From Callorhinchus milii (lineage: Eukaryota): a stretch of DNA of 64,000 nt. The stretch is taken from the NCBI RefSeq assembly GCF_018977255.1, contig NW_024704742.1, positions 129,210,001 to 129,274,000 of the forward strand. The letters are read 5' to 3'. Positions 36,956 through 51,137 of the stretch are shown piece by piece; within the stretch, counting starts at the first letter, position 1; every line of letters starts with the position of its first letter. Under the pieces are notes generated by a model. The model saw only the letters and a list, made by a program, of their open reading frames with translations. It ran no database searches and was not told the origin of the DNA. The position numbers and the translations under genes are program-made.

Positions 36956-37359
36956 AACTAATCATTTGTTAGCATTAGTATTACAAATCTCAGAAAAGAT
37001 GGAATTTTAAAGGAATAATAACACTTCTTAATCTCACCCATTAATGAAGAGAAAATAAGGACTTTACTCCAAATAAAAAAGTTGGAATCTTTGCTCCACA
37101 AAAAAAAGGCCTATGGAGTTTGGTATGCATTACCAAAATGAGATTGGTAACAAAATAAATCTTCCACTTTACCCCCCGAAAATTTTCAAATGATTTCCTT
37201 AATAAAGAACTGCGTGGAATCGAGACCCTCATTTTGCTGGCATAACTCAAGACAGGGAGAGAGAGAGAGAGAGAGAGGAAAAAAAAGTCAGTCAGAACTT
37301 CTTTCTGAAAAAAAGTCCCCAAAGTATAATATGGTAATAATATTTAATAGTTGTCTGTG

Positions 37360-37727
37360 TCTGCAGTGCGCATAAATAAAAAAGGAGCTTTTTGTCCTGA
37401 TTGGCTGCAGGTTTCCCCACGGTACATCGCAGGATACAATGCAGACTCAGTGGAGCGTACTAAGGATAAAAGTTAAAAATAGTGGTATGTAAATGGACTT
37501 GCTTGACGCCAAAGTAAATCTTACACAGAACTCGGTTTGTTGTGTACAGCGTACAGCAGACTGGCGCAGAATACTCAGCGACTGTTTACAGGCACCACTT
37601 GTGCAGATTTCTTTGAGACACCACAACACGATTCAGAGGAAATGGGCCAGGGCTATATAGTATTATAAGTTGGCACGGAGATTCGGAGCTGAATTAAAAT
37701 TGGCCTAAATTTAGTAACAGGGTAAGC
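37360..37727 (+). promoter_or_regulatory. Candidate promoter and first exon
   Basis: TATA-like CATAAATAAA (~37371), inverted CCAAT CTGATTGGCT (~37397), about a dozen CpGs in unique sequence, and donor AGG|GTAAGC at 37721/37722. Confidence 0.35.
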
Positions 37728-38289
37728 AAGGTCATGTGAAAGCTAGTATCTCTGCCATGAAATATTTCAGGAATTTGGAAGTATTAAGGAAACAGTAAAA
37801 TAAGGGATGATGTGGCATATTTTAAACACAGCACACATACTCTAGATCTGTTATTACTGAAAACCGGTCAGAAAATGCAACGTTACAGAAATTAAAGGGA
37901 TTTTAAATCATAGGTTCTTTGACTCCCAGCATTTAGTTGGTGTCTAGAATTCATGACGAGTCATCAATCATATTTCATTTAACAATTTGACACACAATTT
38001 AAGCTGTCACCCAGTTTTCAGGGAGGAAAAAAAAAACAAATAATTGAGCAGAGGAAGTTTAGGAGATGTCACTTCTCATCTTGACCCACTTTCTTGGCTG
38101 CTAAACATATACTTTTCTCTTGAAAATATTCTACCTAACAACTACAATTTACATTGATATGAGGCCTCTCATGTTGGAAGGTTGCCTCAAAGCACTTCAA
38201 ACAGCTGACTAGGAGCCCGAGCTGGGATATGGGGGAGCTCGGGGTAAGTTTTCTGCTTTGGGTTTTAGCAAAAGGTTTTAGCAAATAGT

Positions 38290-39245
38290 TTTTCCTCTCG
38301 CCCCTGCCCGGTCACCTGTGGTGTACCCCAAAGCTCCATCCTTGGCCCCCCCTTCTTTTCCTTATCTACATGCTCCCTCTTGGCGATATGATCTGTAGAC
38401 ATGGGGTCAACTTCCACATATATGCAGATGACATCCAAATCTACTTTTCCTCCTCCAGCTGCAATTCCCAGTCCACTCATGTCCTGTCATCAAGGCCTGG
38501 ATGAGCGCAAATTTCCTGCAGCTGAATGTCAGCAAGACAAAGGCCACAGTTTCTGATTCTCGTCAACACCTCCTCTCCTGTGAATCTGAATTCATCAAAC
38601 TTCCCGGGCTGTCCCTCAGACTCACCAAACCCAAGCACAATTTAGACGTCAGGTTCGATCCCCAGCTTTCCTTTCTACCACGCATCCCTTCCCTGACGAG
38701 GACTGCTTTTTTCAACCTCAGCCCATACCTCACAACCGATGCAGCTGAAACCCTCGTCCACACCTTCGTCACTTCCCATCTGGATTATTTCAATGCCTTC
38801 CTTGCTGGTCTCCCCAGCTCCACCATACACAAAATTCAATTAATCCAAAACTCCTCCACTCAGATACTTATCCGCACAAAACTCCGTACCCCTATCAGAC
38901 CAATCCTTGCCAGGCTCCACTGGCTCCTAATTACTGAACGGATCAATTTCAAGATCCTCTCACTCATTTTCAAATCCATTAATGCACCTTCCTACCTATC
39001 CGATCTGCTTACCCCTTACTCCACCACCCGCTGCCGCCGCTCGGCTGACTCCAGCCTCCTGTTTGTCCCTCGTGCCCTCCATTCCACCATCGGTGGCCAT
39101 GCCTTCAGCCACTATGCCCCGAAACTCTGGAAACCTCTCCCTCAATTCCTCCACCTTGCCCACTCCTTCGCCACCTTCAAATCCCACCTATAGACCTTCC
39201 TTTTTGATTGTGCTTACGGACACCTCCCCCTTCCCTCTCCCCCAT
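38290..39245 (+). mobile_element. L2 LINE, 3' part of ORF2
   Basis: [39 protein letters not shown] and AFSHYAPKLW. Confidence 0.93.
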
Positions 39246-39899
39246 TGAATAGCCTATTGACACCCACTGTCTAGGCTCATAATGAAGACTAGTCACTTGG
39301 GCAGGATGTATCTGAAGAGCTGTTGTCCAGCAGGACTCACCAGCTTTAGTAGAGGTGGAGAGGAAGACAAGCAGACACTCACAAAAACAGTTAAGCAAAA
39401 CAATGCCAGAAAAGTTTAAGCATTTTTATAATGGATCCTAACTCCTGGTTGATTTGTAAAAGATTTGGTAACAGCCTTGTACCCATTTAAGAGCTATTCT
39501 TGCATTTAATTGTTTCCAGATAAGTTGAATTTCCAGTTTCATTTCATCTGTTGTTTTAAAATGAAGGAATTTTGTTTCTTAATACCATCTTTAAGCAATT
39601 ATTTGAACATTTGAACATGCCACTCAACCAGTGAGTGAGTATCAGTATTTTAATGGGAATCATCATTGTTGTTCCATAATGTTACAATAGAATGTCATTC
39701 AGACAAAAAAAATGACTTGGAGAAACATTCTGGCGGCCATGGTCACCATCGGGATTTCCCATTATAATCTCGATCACCAAACTCACTGCATGTTTATAAG
39801 GGAATACTTACTGGATATTCCCCATTGATACTTCACAGTTCCCAGTTGCTCACTTCTTCTGTTCCATGAGCACAAAAACAAAGTGGCTGCACATTTCGT

Positions 39900-40214
39900 G
39901 GAGTCCTGTAGCTCAGTGGTTAGAGCACTCGCTTTGCAAGTAAGAGACCTGAGTTCAATTCCAGGCAGGGCGAAACCTTGGGCAAGTTTCCTTACTCCAC
40001 ACGCCTAATAATAATCCCTCCAAAACCAAAAACAATAATAAATTGGTCATTTTCAATCCACGACTGTTTGTGGGACATTGCTGTGCGCAATTGGCTGTCG
40101 CGTTCGCCCACAAATATACAGTCAATTCACTTCACAGTGTGTTCTGTGAAGTGCTTTGGGACGTCCTCCCGACGTGGAAAACGCTATATCAAATGCAAGG
40201 ATTATTATTATTAT
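39900..40214 (+). mobile_element. Young short-form SINE, full length
   Basis: Near-identical to 23335-23660, with intact A and B boxes. Confidence 0.95.
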
Positions 40215-40311
40215 TTGTTACATGATTTGCGCTGCATTTTATCGGGTTTATATCCAGCTGCTGAAGACGCTTTAATCGTTCTCCAATGTGAGTGAAGTTT
40301 CACTCCTCTTA

Positions 40312-40665
40312 TAATCATAATAATAATAATCGTTGTATTTGACATAGCGCCTTATCAGGCTATTGAGACGTCTCATAAAGGCTTTCCAGAATATACTATA
40401 AAACAAATTGACTGTATATTTTGTGGGTGAAATGTGGCAGCCAATTGCACACAGCAGTGTCCCACAAACAGTTATGGATTAAGTGACCAATTTTTGATGG
40501 GGAGGGAAAAGCAATACGGCAATCGACTAACAACCGGGTTCCTACTTACTGCTGGGTAAACAGAGGCATGTGGAATAAGGAAACCTGCCTAAGGTTTCGT
40601 CCCGCTCATTGAACCCAGGACCTCTCACTTGCGAGGCGAATGCTCCAACCAATATGCATAGGAAT
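40312..40665 (-). mobile_element. Long-form SINE
   Basis: Lies tail-to-tail with the preceding copy and contains the extra internal segment. Confidence 0.85.
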
Positions 40666-41971
40666 CTTCAGAGGCTGAGATATTGGATGAAATTTAAGGT
40701 TACAAAACAGTAATTTTCACCGTTTGGAAAACTAAAGATAGAATGTTTCTTTGTAGCATCCTCCCCCACCCCCCACCCTCACAGAGCAAAAAAGTGGCCT
40801 TCAAATTCAAAAACATTCAAATTATCTCTATGTACTTGGGTGCAAATTCCCAAAAAATACTAAAGGGGGGAGACAAGTGCTTAGTCCACATCAACACTAC
40901 ATTGCAAAGAGCACATAGACTAACCTATAGTCTTCCCCTGTGCCTGCCAATTGCCTTTAAAGGAGAATTGAACCAAAGCGTGCAGAGGGAGAGCAATAGA
41001 GGCTTCGAAAATTGGGATTTTTCTTCTTGGAAGAACAAACAATGATGCGAAAAAATAGCTTCCTACTGCTCTGTACATTTTCATGGTTCTAAGTTTTTAG
41101 GCTTAATTCTGTAATGGAAAAGCATTAAGGGATTGACTCACCTAATTTACATCAGATAATGGGCTTAGAATAAACAGTAGCTACCTGGCACGACAGAGTG
41201 CTAAAGGAGGTTCTGAGAACAAAATGGCCTAATTTGAGCAATACTAAAGTTAATTGACCAAGTAAGAATGTAAAGTATGTAACAAGAATGATCCACTTAC
41301 GATACATAAGCCACGTTATGCACATAGTGCATATTCAGTGCAAATAAAGTGTTTGATTTGCTAAGTGGTCCATCTCATCAACCTATATATGTCCCTTCAG
41401 CATGGGCAGTACTGCTAGAAGTGATTTGACACAATATATATATGTCACACTCCAAAATTGCACTGAGAGGGCGCGAGGGAGAGTCTTACACATGCGATTC
41501 TAAGCTTTAGCTCAGTCTCTGCACTTTAACATCAATAAAACATCCTCCCGACGTGAAAGGCGCTCTATAAATGGAATCTTATTGTTGTTGTTGTTGTTGT
41601 AAAGGCCACGTCAAGTCACATGACCAGCCTTAGAAGCCAGCATTTTTCTAAATATATATAAATAATAATGATAGTTATTATTTCTCAAATTTGAGGAAAC
41701 ATTTGTGCAAGAATCCAGGGGGAGGTCAATAAACCCTGACGCACAGCTCTGGCTGATGTGCACCCAGCAAACATATCTCAGTTGAGCTGATGCTTAATCA
41801 CTGAGACAAATGAGAGGTCAGATGGGCAGATTACGACACACAACCAGAAAGGCTCCAAAAAGCTTTCCCCCAACTCAACACACACAGTCAGCTCCTTTAA
41901 TTCCAGCTATTCACCTTTCAGACTTTGTAAATGTTTAAAGCATTATTTTTTCTAATAAGTAAATGTAGAAA

Positions 41972-42329
41972 GGGTTCTGTATTATAGTGGTCTTGTCTCA
42001 CAAGCGAGAGGACCCGGGTTTGATTCCCGGGTGGGACGAAATCTTAGACAAGTTTAATTACTCTACACGCCTCTGTTTACCTAACAGTAAATAGGAACCT
42101 GGTTGTTGGTCGATTGGCGGATCACTTTCCAGGGATAATAATCCCTTAAAAATAATAATTGTTCACTCAATCCACGACTGTTTGTGGAACACTGCTGCGC
42201 GCAATTGGCTGCCGCGTTTCACCCACAAAATATAGTCGATCCACTTGACAATATATTCTGTAAAGCGCTTTGAGCCATCTCAATTATGTGATAAGACGTT
42301 GTATCAAATGCAAGGATTATTATTATTAT
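41972..42329 (+). mobile_element. Long-form SINE
   Basis: caagcgagaggacccgggtttgattcccgg head, ctctgtttacctaacagtaaataggaacc segment, Deu core and tail. Confidence 0.88.
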
Positions 42330-43364
42330 CATAGGACATAAAGGACCGGATAAATTGATTGCAGTCCATCTGGAAAAGTCCCAAAGGTATCTGTTGTGTT
42401 ATCACTACCGACTTTTGAATGCTTCAATCAGTGTTTTGTTTTTGGTCAGCTGAATCACTGACACATGCAGAAACCTATTAATGTGCTGAAGAGTATCCAA
42501 ACCAACCTACTCCACACACGTATGGAAATTCCACGGAGAAGGACTTGTCAGTACATTCCTTTGCGGATGAGGGATGGAGAGCATCACCTGCAAAATACAC
42601 ACAAGCACATCATTTTACAGTACACCCGGTGAAGCCCTTTGATATGTCTCGACAACATGATAAGGCGTTATACTAAATGCAAGGATGATTATTATTATTA
42701 AAAGGTAACTCGATGTCTACAGGAGGGAGAAGAGAATATAGGAGTATGGGAGGGGATTAGAAAGAGAAAATTAAGAAGGGTGGAGGCTCATGTGGAGTTT
42801 AAACCATGGCATAGAGTAGCTGGGTCAACTAGCCTGTTTTGGTAGTGCACTGTTTATATAATTGTACGTCATTTGTGAAGTATACAAGGGTTGAAGGGAG
42901 TTCAATATACTCAGGAGGTCATTTTTAATAATAAAAAAGATAATAAACAAAAGGCTCAAGTGGCTGAATATCCTACTCCTGTTCCTATATGATAGAAACC
43001 AAACCAATAAATTGTATCACAGAACCAAGATGCGAACAAAAACTAAAAGCAAGTTGGCCACAATGCCAATTAAATTGATACAACAAAAATAATATTTGTG
43101 CCACAATGTCCCACAGACAGCAATGAAATGAATGATCAATACATCTATTTTTTCAAATTTGTAAGCGAGGCATACTGGCCACAACCCACTGTTCCTCTCC
43201 TACACAGAGCCATGTGATCTTCAATGTCAATCTGCACTACAAGAATAGGCAGACAGGACTTTAGTTTTAATGAGTTTAATGTCTCCACACAATGTGTAAC
43301 AAACCCAGAAGAGGGGGAATGCAAATAGTAATCATAATAATGAAAATAATATTCCTTAAAACAA

Positions 43365-44385
43365 TGTCCACTTCGTCGAGGCAAACGGCTTCTCCTCCAG
43401 ACCCCGCACCGTCTCGTGCGGTGTTGCTCAGGGCTCTGTTCTCGGTCCCCTCCTCTTCACCCTCTACATGCTGCCCCTTGGTGACATCATCTGCAGACAT
43501 GGGGTAAATTTCCACATGTATGCAGATGACACTCAACTCTACCTCTCTGCTTCCACCCTGAACTCCAGGACTACTGGCGTCCTGACCGCCTGCCTGTCCC
43601 ACATCAAGTCCTGGACGAGGGACAACTTTCTCCAACAAACGTCAACAAGACCGAGGCCCTTCTTATTGGCTCACGCCAGTGCCTCTGCACCTCAGGCACT
43701 GGCGGCATCAGATACCATGGCCACACACTCAACCTCACTAAGCCAGTCAGGAACCTAGGTATCTTGTTTGACCCTGAACTGTCCTTTCTCCTCCACATCC
43801 GCACCATGACCGGCACTGCCTACCACCACCTCCGCAACATTGCCAAACTCCGCCACTGCCTCACCCCTCAGGCTGCCGAAACCCTCACCCATGGATTCGT
43901 CACATCAAGGCTTGATCACAGGAACTCTCTCCTCATCGGCTTTCCCAACTCTTCTCTTCACAAGCTACAAATCATCCAAAACTCTGCAGCTCATGTACTC
44001 TCATGTACCAGGCTCCGTGACCCCATCACTCCCACCCTCGCCCGACTCCACTGACTCCCTCCATTCAGCGGGCTCCGGTCTGCTCCATGTCTCTCGCCCG
44101 ACCCGCCCTACCATCGGTGGCCGGACTTTCAGCCTCTCTGCCCGCAGACTCTGGAATTCCAGCACACGTTCCCTTCACCTCGCTTCTGCCCTCACATCCT
44201 TCAAGGCCAGTTTCAAGACCCTTCTCTTCGACCATGTCTTTGGTCTCCCTCCCACCTCTCTGCCTTCCCTCACTCCTACACCACCCCTCTCCCATGCTTG
44301 GGCTCCGACACCTGACAGCTCAGCACTTTGCGATGTCCTCTGAACGTGAAAGGTGCTCTATAAATGTAACTTTGTTGTTGTTGTC
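43365..44385 (+). mobile_element. L2 LINE, 3' part of ORF2 to tail
   Basis: HGVNFHMYADDTQLY, HLRNIAKLR and LQIIQNSAA motifs followed by a (ttg)n tail. Confidence 0.93.
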
Positions 44386-44849
44386 AACTTGAATTTAGAT
44401 AGAGCCCTTTATGCAGGGTAGCATCACTTATATTTCATATAGTGCCTTTCAGGTCAAGAGGACACCTCAAAAAGTTTTACAAGATTTTAGTGTAAAGTGT
44501 AATGACTGTGTATTTCGTAAGCAAACTCTGCAGCCAATTTGGCAAGTATCAGTGACCTATAAACAGCTATGAAGTGAATGACCATTTTTATCTGATGTTT
44601 GTTGGCCAGGAAAATGGGAGAAACTCTCTTCTCTCCTCGAGTAGTGCCATGAGAGCCAATTGGTTTTTGTGTGGTCCAACCAGATCAGGCGGTGGATCTT
44701 GAAAACAGATTTAAGGCATTTGGGCTCTGACATACAGTCTGTGCACAAAGGGAAAAAGGAATTCTTTCCTCTCCCATACACATTACGATTATTAATAATA
44801 ATAATCATCCTTGCATTTGATATAGCTCCTTATCATGCCTTTGAGACAT

Positions 44850-45235
44850 CAACAACAGAAAATTACATTTGTATAGCACCTTTCATGTCAGGAGGGCTTC
44901 CCAAGGCGTTGGATAGTCAGTGGTTTGGACCGGAGCTGGGAGTTGGGATCGGGGAGGGTGGAGGGCAGGGTGGAAGCAGGGTGATTGAAAGAACGGTCGA
45001 AGAGGAGGTCTTGAGATGGGTCTTGAAGGAGGTAAGGGAGGGGGTGAGGCAGAGGGACCGCGGGATGTAGTTCCAGAGGATGGGGGCACAGTGGCAGAAA
45101 GCTCGCCCGCCAATAGTGGGGTGAGTGAGGCGGAGAGCAGAGCAAGACCATGGAGGGCTTGGAAAGTGAGGACCAAGATCTTGAACTGTATCCTCTGTGT
45201 GATGGGAAGCCAGTGGAGTCAGGCGAGGATGGAAG
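44850..45235 (-). mobile_element. L2 3' fragment, internally deleted
   Basis: LHWLPITQRIQFKILVLTF motif and tail on the minus strand. Confidence 0.85.
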
Positions 45236-45237
45236 TG

Positions 45238-45357
45238 CTGTAGCTCAGTGGTTAGAGCACTCGCTTTGCAAGCGAGAGACCTGAGTTCAATTCCAGGCAG
45301 GTCGAAACCTTGGGCAAGTTTCCTTACTCCACACGCCTAATAATAATCCCTCCAAAA
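45238..45357 (+). mobile_element. Isolated tRNA-like head of the young SINE
   Basis: ctgtagctcagtggttagagcactcgctttgcaagcgagagacctgagttcaattccaggcagg, with no Deu core or tail. Confidence 0.88.
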
Positions 45358-47365
45358 CTTCTGACTCAGAAGGAGGATTGCCACCACGTTGAGCTACGTT
45401 GAGACCTTGCAACATCTGTAACGTATGTTAATGAAAAATAATAATCCCTGTATTTGAAATAGCAACTTTCACAACAAGAGGACTCAAAATGATCCACAAG
45501 ATTTGCAGTAAAGTATAATGATTGTATTTTGTAGGCAAATGGGGCAGCCAATTTGTGCACAGCACTGCAAGGGTTACTATTAAATCCTGCAAGCAATGGA
45601 GGTAATTGTGCAATAAAATGCTTAAGCAATTATGACTGAAAATGCAATTATTACATTATAATTAATAAATGTCAGGCCATGAACCCTAGTTAATTTTTGA
45701 GCACATTAATGTGCAGTAATTAAATGATTGAAATTGAGCTACAGACAAATGATGTCCTTCTAAATACGTGATGTGTTAAACCAGAGCCTGAATCAGAATC
45801 TGGTTCACTTAAACCATATTGCAGGGATTTGAAAGTTTAAAGAAAGTTTGCCTTAAAAGGGCAAAGTTTACAAGATTATAGAACCCATTCCTTATATTAC
45901 TTAACCTAAGTAATATGTTATGAAAGGCAAAACTGCTCGTCTTTATGAAAGATAAAACTCCTTGCCTTAAGTCTTTAAGTCTGAAATATTTTATAAGTCT
46001 TTATTGACCTTTCACAAGTAATAATATTATTATTAACTTCATAACTCCAAAGTCTTTATTTGTGCTTTCACAAGTAGTAACTAGAAATTAAACTATAGTT
46101 GCACTTAATAATAATCCTTGTATTTGATATAACATCTTATCACGTTGTCGAGACCTCTCAAAGTGCTTCACAGGATTTTGCTGTGAGGGCTAGTAACTGT
46201 GCATTGTTTTCTAGATGACTGTGGCAGCTAATTTACGCACAGTAGTGTCCTAGAAGAAGACTCTGCTCCTAGAAGTTTGCCATGCCAACCCAATTTACTT
46301 CAAAAGCGGAGTTCTCATTGGTTATCAGGAATTATAGTAGGATTTTCCTTTTCAGGAATGCCCTCAAATCTGGACCGTAACGGTTCCAGACAAGACACTG
46401 TTGTGTGGCAAGCATTCTACAGCAGAAGGAGGAGCATTGTGTGAATCACTTCAAGGCTTTTCTTTTCAACCCCACTTTTGGTCACCTTTCCCCTCACTTC
46501 TCCTTTCTCAGCTCCTACCATCCCCAGCTCGAGCTTCCAGCTGGTTCTATGAAGTGTTTCGAGACATCCTCCCTACATGAAAGGTGGCAGGTAAATGTAA
46601 AACTGTTGTTGTTTTTGCACTGGTCATCAGTGTGTACATTCTCAGCATTTAACCCTCGCTCTGATCGCTTCTTCCAGCAAGGATAAGGTAAAAAAACAAA
46701 ATAAGATCTCCAGAAAAGTAAGTTATACTGAATGAGGGGAAGAGCCACTGAAATCTGAAGTGAGATTGGTTTGGTTATTTAAGGGCCTCTCACAGCTCTC
46801 CATTCCTATTTTCTGACCTCCACATTATTCAGATGATATAAAGTTTCACAAGAACATGAGTCGAAAGGAAATTCAGCCCGTTGAAGCTTAACCCTCCAGT
46901 GAATTAATTCTCCTAACTTGGTATATAGGGGTGAAAAGTGATGTGCTGTGATGTGCTGATAAACACATTGTAAAAACTGGACAAGGCTATGTCTTAATTT
47001 ATTGCCTGTTCCATGGGTGTGACCTTCTATAACCTCATCCCCTTGGGACTCCATCACAATCGTTGAGCCTGAAGCCAACCACACCATCTATTGACCTTGG
47101 CAAGATACTGTATTGACTCAACCAAAAATGCATCATTAATCCAATATCCTGCTAGCAAGCACTCAAATACTCCAACGGGCAGCAGTACAATACAAACTAC
47201 ATTTAATTAGCACCTTTAACGTCAGGGTGATGTCCCCAACTGCACAGCTGGCTTTGGACCAAGCCATTGGGATGGAGTTGTGGGGGGAGAGAGTAGGTTG
47301 GAAGGAATCACGCTGGCATTCAAAATTAATGTTATTAGTGTGAAATCATTGATTGAACTGCACAA

Positions 47366-47745
47366 ATGATAATGATAAAAATCTTTGCATTTGATATAGT
47401 GTCTTATCATGTCTTTGAGATGTCTCAAAGCACTTCACAGAATATACTGTAAAATGAATTGACTATATTTTGTGGGTGAAAGGCGGCAGCCAATTGCACA
47501 CAGTAGTGTCCCACAAACGGGGATTTTACTGACCAAATTATTATTTTTTAAATTATTATTTTGAAGGCATTATTATCCAAGGAAAAGCGATCCGCCAATT
47601 GAATAACAACCGGATTCCTACTTACTGCTAGGTAAACAGAAGCATGTGGAGTAAGGAAACTTGCCTAACTTTCTGCCCTGCCCGAGAAGCAAACCCAAGT
47701 CCTCTCGCTTGTGAAATGAGTTCTCTTACCAATATGGTCCAGGAA
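47366..47745 (-). mobile_element. Long-form SINE
   Basis: All four modules are present. Confidence 0.85.
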
Positions 47746-48089
47746 TCAATATCCATTCACAAAAGGAGCCCAAAGGATAGGTCTTTTCAAAGACAAGTTT
47801 GGTAGAAATATTTTGGAATAATTGGGAAATAGCAGGCAATGTGTCTATTAATTTTATATATTAGATGTTGCGAATATTCTAGACAAAACTGTGTCAGAAA
47901 TTTCCAACATACATAGAGCTCAGTAAAGCATGTGCTATAAATATCTCATGGATTTAAATACCCCAGGTCACACGAATTGCACGAGACACACTTCTGAATC
48001 CTCATAAATAAGGTGATAAACAAAGTTCTTGATAACATTTTTAGGAACTGTACAAGTAGATGCCTATGCCTGAAACCTGGAAGAGAGCA

Positions 48090-48450
48090 AGTAATAGTAG
48101 TAATCTTTGCATTTGGTAAAACGCATTACCATGTAAATAAAATGTCTCAAAATGCTTCATAAGAGTTACTTGTGGGCAAACAGAGCAGTCAACTTACACA
48201 CAGCAACGTCCCACAAAATAGCCTCGAAGTGACCAAGCAATATTATCTAGAGAATTGTTGGCCAGGACACTGGGAGAAATTCCCTTCTCTCTTTGAACAT
48301 TGTCATGGGATCTTTAACGTCTACCTGACAGGCAGATGGACCTTGGTTTAATGTCTTACCCAGAGGACAATACAGCACTCCTCCAACCCTGTATTGGAGT
48401 ATCATCTTAGATTCTGAGCTCAAATTCGTGACGTGGTCCTCGAACCCAAT
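48090..48450 (-). mobile_element. Old Deu-domain SINE
   Basis: Reverse match to 8020-8455. Confidence 0.7.
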
Positions 48451-48454
48451 ATAA

Positions 48455-50291
48455 TCCTATTGTTCCAACATCATCTTGGAGGCTAAACACAACCCTAAAA
48501 TCCTTTTTACCACCACCCACTCACTACCTCCTCCATGCCCCACCTCAGGCCTCCTCAATCTTCATATCAAATGCCAAGCACGAGGAGATCATGGACTTCT
48601 TTTCATCTAAAATACATAATATCCGCCAGGCAGCCTCATCCACCTGCCTTTTGTCATCTACCACCACGCCCCCTCTGTCCCCTTCACCCTCCCCATCATC
48701 TGCTCCTACCACCACCCCCATCCTACATTCCTTCCTCCCCATCTCTCCTCTCACCCACCATTATCTCCATGAAACCCACCACCTGCTACCTCGACCCCCT
48801 CCCCACCAATTTGCTGGTCACGCAGCTTCCCCTCCTCTGCCCACTACTGGCTGACGTCATCAACCAGTCCCTCTCCTCTGGATCAGTCCCTACCCCCCTC
48901 AAAACTGCTGTCATCGCCCCCTTCCTCAAAAAACCTTCCCTAGATCCCTCAAACCCCAGCCACTACCGCCCTACTTCTAACCTGCCCTTCCTCGCAAAAG
49001 TCCTAGAATGCGTTGTTGCCAAACAACTTCGCCCACACTTCTCCTCCCACTCCTTCTTCGTACCTCTCCAGTCCAGTTTCCACTCGGCCCACAGTACAAA
49101 GACTGCTTGTGAAAGTCACAAATGACATACTCTCTACTTGTGACCAGGGCTCCCTCTGCCTCTTGTCCTCCTGGCCCTCTCCGCCGCTTTCGACACAGTT
49201 GATCACGCCATCCTACTCCACCGCCTTTCCTCCGTCATCCACCTCAATGGGACCGCACTCGCCTGGTTCGAGTCCTACGTCACAAACCGCCGGCAGTAAT
49301 CTGCACAAATGGCTTTTCCTCCCACTCTCACCCAGTCACCTGCGGAGTACCCCAAGGATCCATCCTTGGCCCCCTCCTCTTTCTGATCTACATGCTCCCT
49401 CTTGGGAATGTCTTCCGCAGACATGGGGTGCATTTCCACATGTATGCGGAGACACCTAACTCTACTTTTCCACCTCTTTGCGACACCCAGTCCCCTGATG
49501 TTCTGTCAGCCTGCCTGTCAGATCTCAGGGGCTGGATGAACGCAAATTTCCTTTAGCTGAACATTGACAAGATGGAAGCCATACTCTTTGGCTCTCGTCA
49601 ACGTCTAAAATCTCACAGTTCTCACCTCCTCCACCTACCCAACCTCCCCTTAAAACTCTCCGAACCCGTACGCAACCTAGGAGTCAGGTTCGACCCCCAA
49701 TTATCCTTCCTCCCCCACATCCAGTCCCTCACCAGCACCGCTTTCTTCCACCTCTGACCAGCGCCCGTCTCCGCCAATACCTCTCTTCAAAAGCTGCTGA
49801 AACCCTGGTCCATGCCATTGTCACCTCTCGGCTGGAATACTCTAACGCCCTCCTCACCAGTCTCCCATCCACTACCATCCATAAAATCCAGATTATTCAA
49901 AACTCTGCCACCCGCATTCTCACCCACACCAAACTCCGCTCCCCGATCACCCCGTCCTTGCCAGACTGCATTGGCTGCCTATCCCAGAGAGGATCGACTT
50001 CAAGATCCTCACCCTTGTCTTCAAATCCCTCTACTCCTCTGCACCCCCTACCTCTGTGACCTCCTCTCTCTTCAAAACAGTGCCCATTGCCTTCGTTCCT
50101 CCGGGTCTGGCCTCCTCCTTGTCCCCGAATCCTCTGCTCCACCCTCAGCAGCCTTCATCTCGCTCCCACTCTTCCTATTTTCAGGTCTCTGCTGAAGACC
50201 TTTCTTTTCGACTGCGCCTTTTGTTACTGTGAAGCGCTCTGAGACGCCGTCCGGTTTGGAGAGTGCTATATAAATCCGAGTTGTTGTTGTT
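48455..50291 (+). mobile_element. L2 LINE, 5'-truncated, disrupted RT ORF2
   Basis: LDPLPT..KTAVIAPFLKKPSLDP..YRPTSNLPFLAKVLE, AFDTVDH and [10 protein letters not shown] motifs, a frameshifted YADD, and a (ttg)n tail. Confidence 0.95.
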
Positions 50292-50719
50292 CTAGACAGG
50301 AATGAGAGATGGATTTAGGAAATTATAGACAAGTTATTCTCATTTTAATAATGGGGAAGATGTTCAAAAGATTTACAAGATACCATCAATATTAACTCAA
50401 AGATAATGGAGAAAATAAATAGTCACACTCATGATTTCTTTTTAATTGAATAATAATAATAATCCTTGCATTTGATCTAGTACCTTATCATGTTGTTGAA
50501 ACATCTCAACGCGCTTCACAGAATATACTGTAAAATGAATTGACTGTATGTTTTGTGGGCGAAACACCTCAAATCCATGTAAGGCAGACCAGTTCTGTTG
50601 GTAGCACTCTTGCCTACAAAATAAATAGTAAATGCACATCACAATATATCCTCTGAAATGGTTTCAGCCCTCCTCCCAGCGTGAAAGGTATTAAATCAAA
50701 GGTAAAAATTATTGTTTTG

Positions 50720-51137
50720 TTTAATCCTTGCCAAGGTCCATTGGCTCCCAGTTCTTCAGAGGATCGAGTTTAAGATTCTTTTCCTAGTCTTCAAATCCCT
50801 CCACTATCTCACTCAATCGTGCCTCTGCAATCTTCACCAACTCACATTTACTCTCTGCTCTGACAACTCCGATCTACTGCTTGCTCCCACTCCCTTCACT
50901 CCACCTTCAGTGACTTTACCTGCAAAGCACTGCACTCTTTTCCTCTGGAACGCTCTTCTAAAACCACTTAACCTGCTACCTCTTTCCTTGCTTTGAAACA
51001 TATTTGTAAAAACATATCTGTTGGAGTGGGCCTTTGGTCAACAATTTTAAATCTTTAATTTCCCGGTTTTATTTGTCAAGCACTTTGAGACTTTCTTTTA
51101 CATGAAAGGTTCAATATGAATTTAAGTGTTGTTGTTG
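50720..51137 (+). mobile_element. Ancient L2 3' fragment
   Basis: VHWLPVLQRIEFKIL..FKSLH..LWNAL plus the tail. Confidence 0.75.

Noticed and set aside
39900..39975. tRNA-Ala(TGC) gene
   Set aside because: It continues into the SINE body and tail, has an atypical acceptor stem and has many decayed copies, so it is a SINE head.
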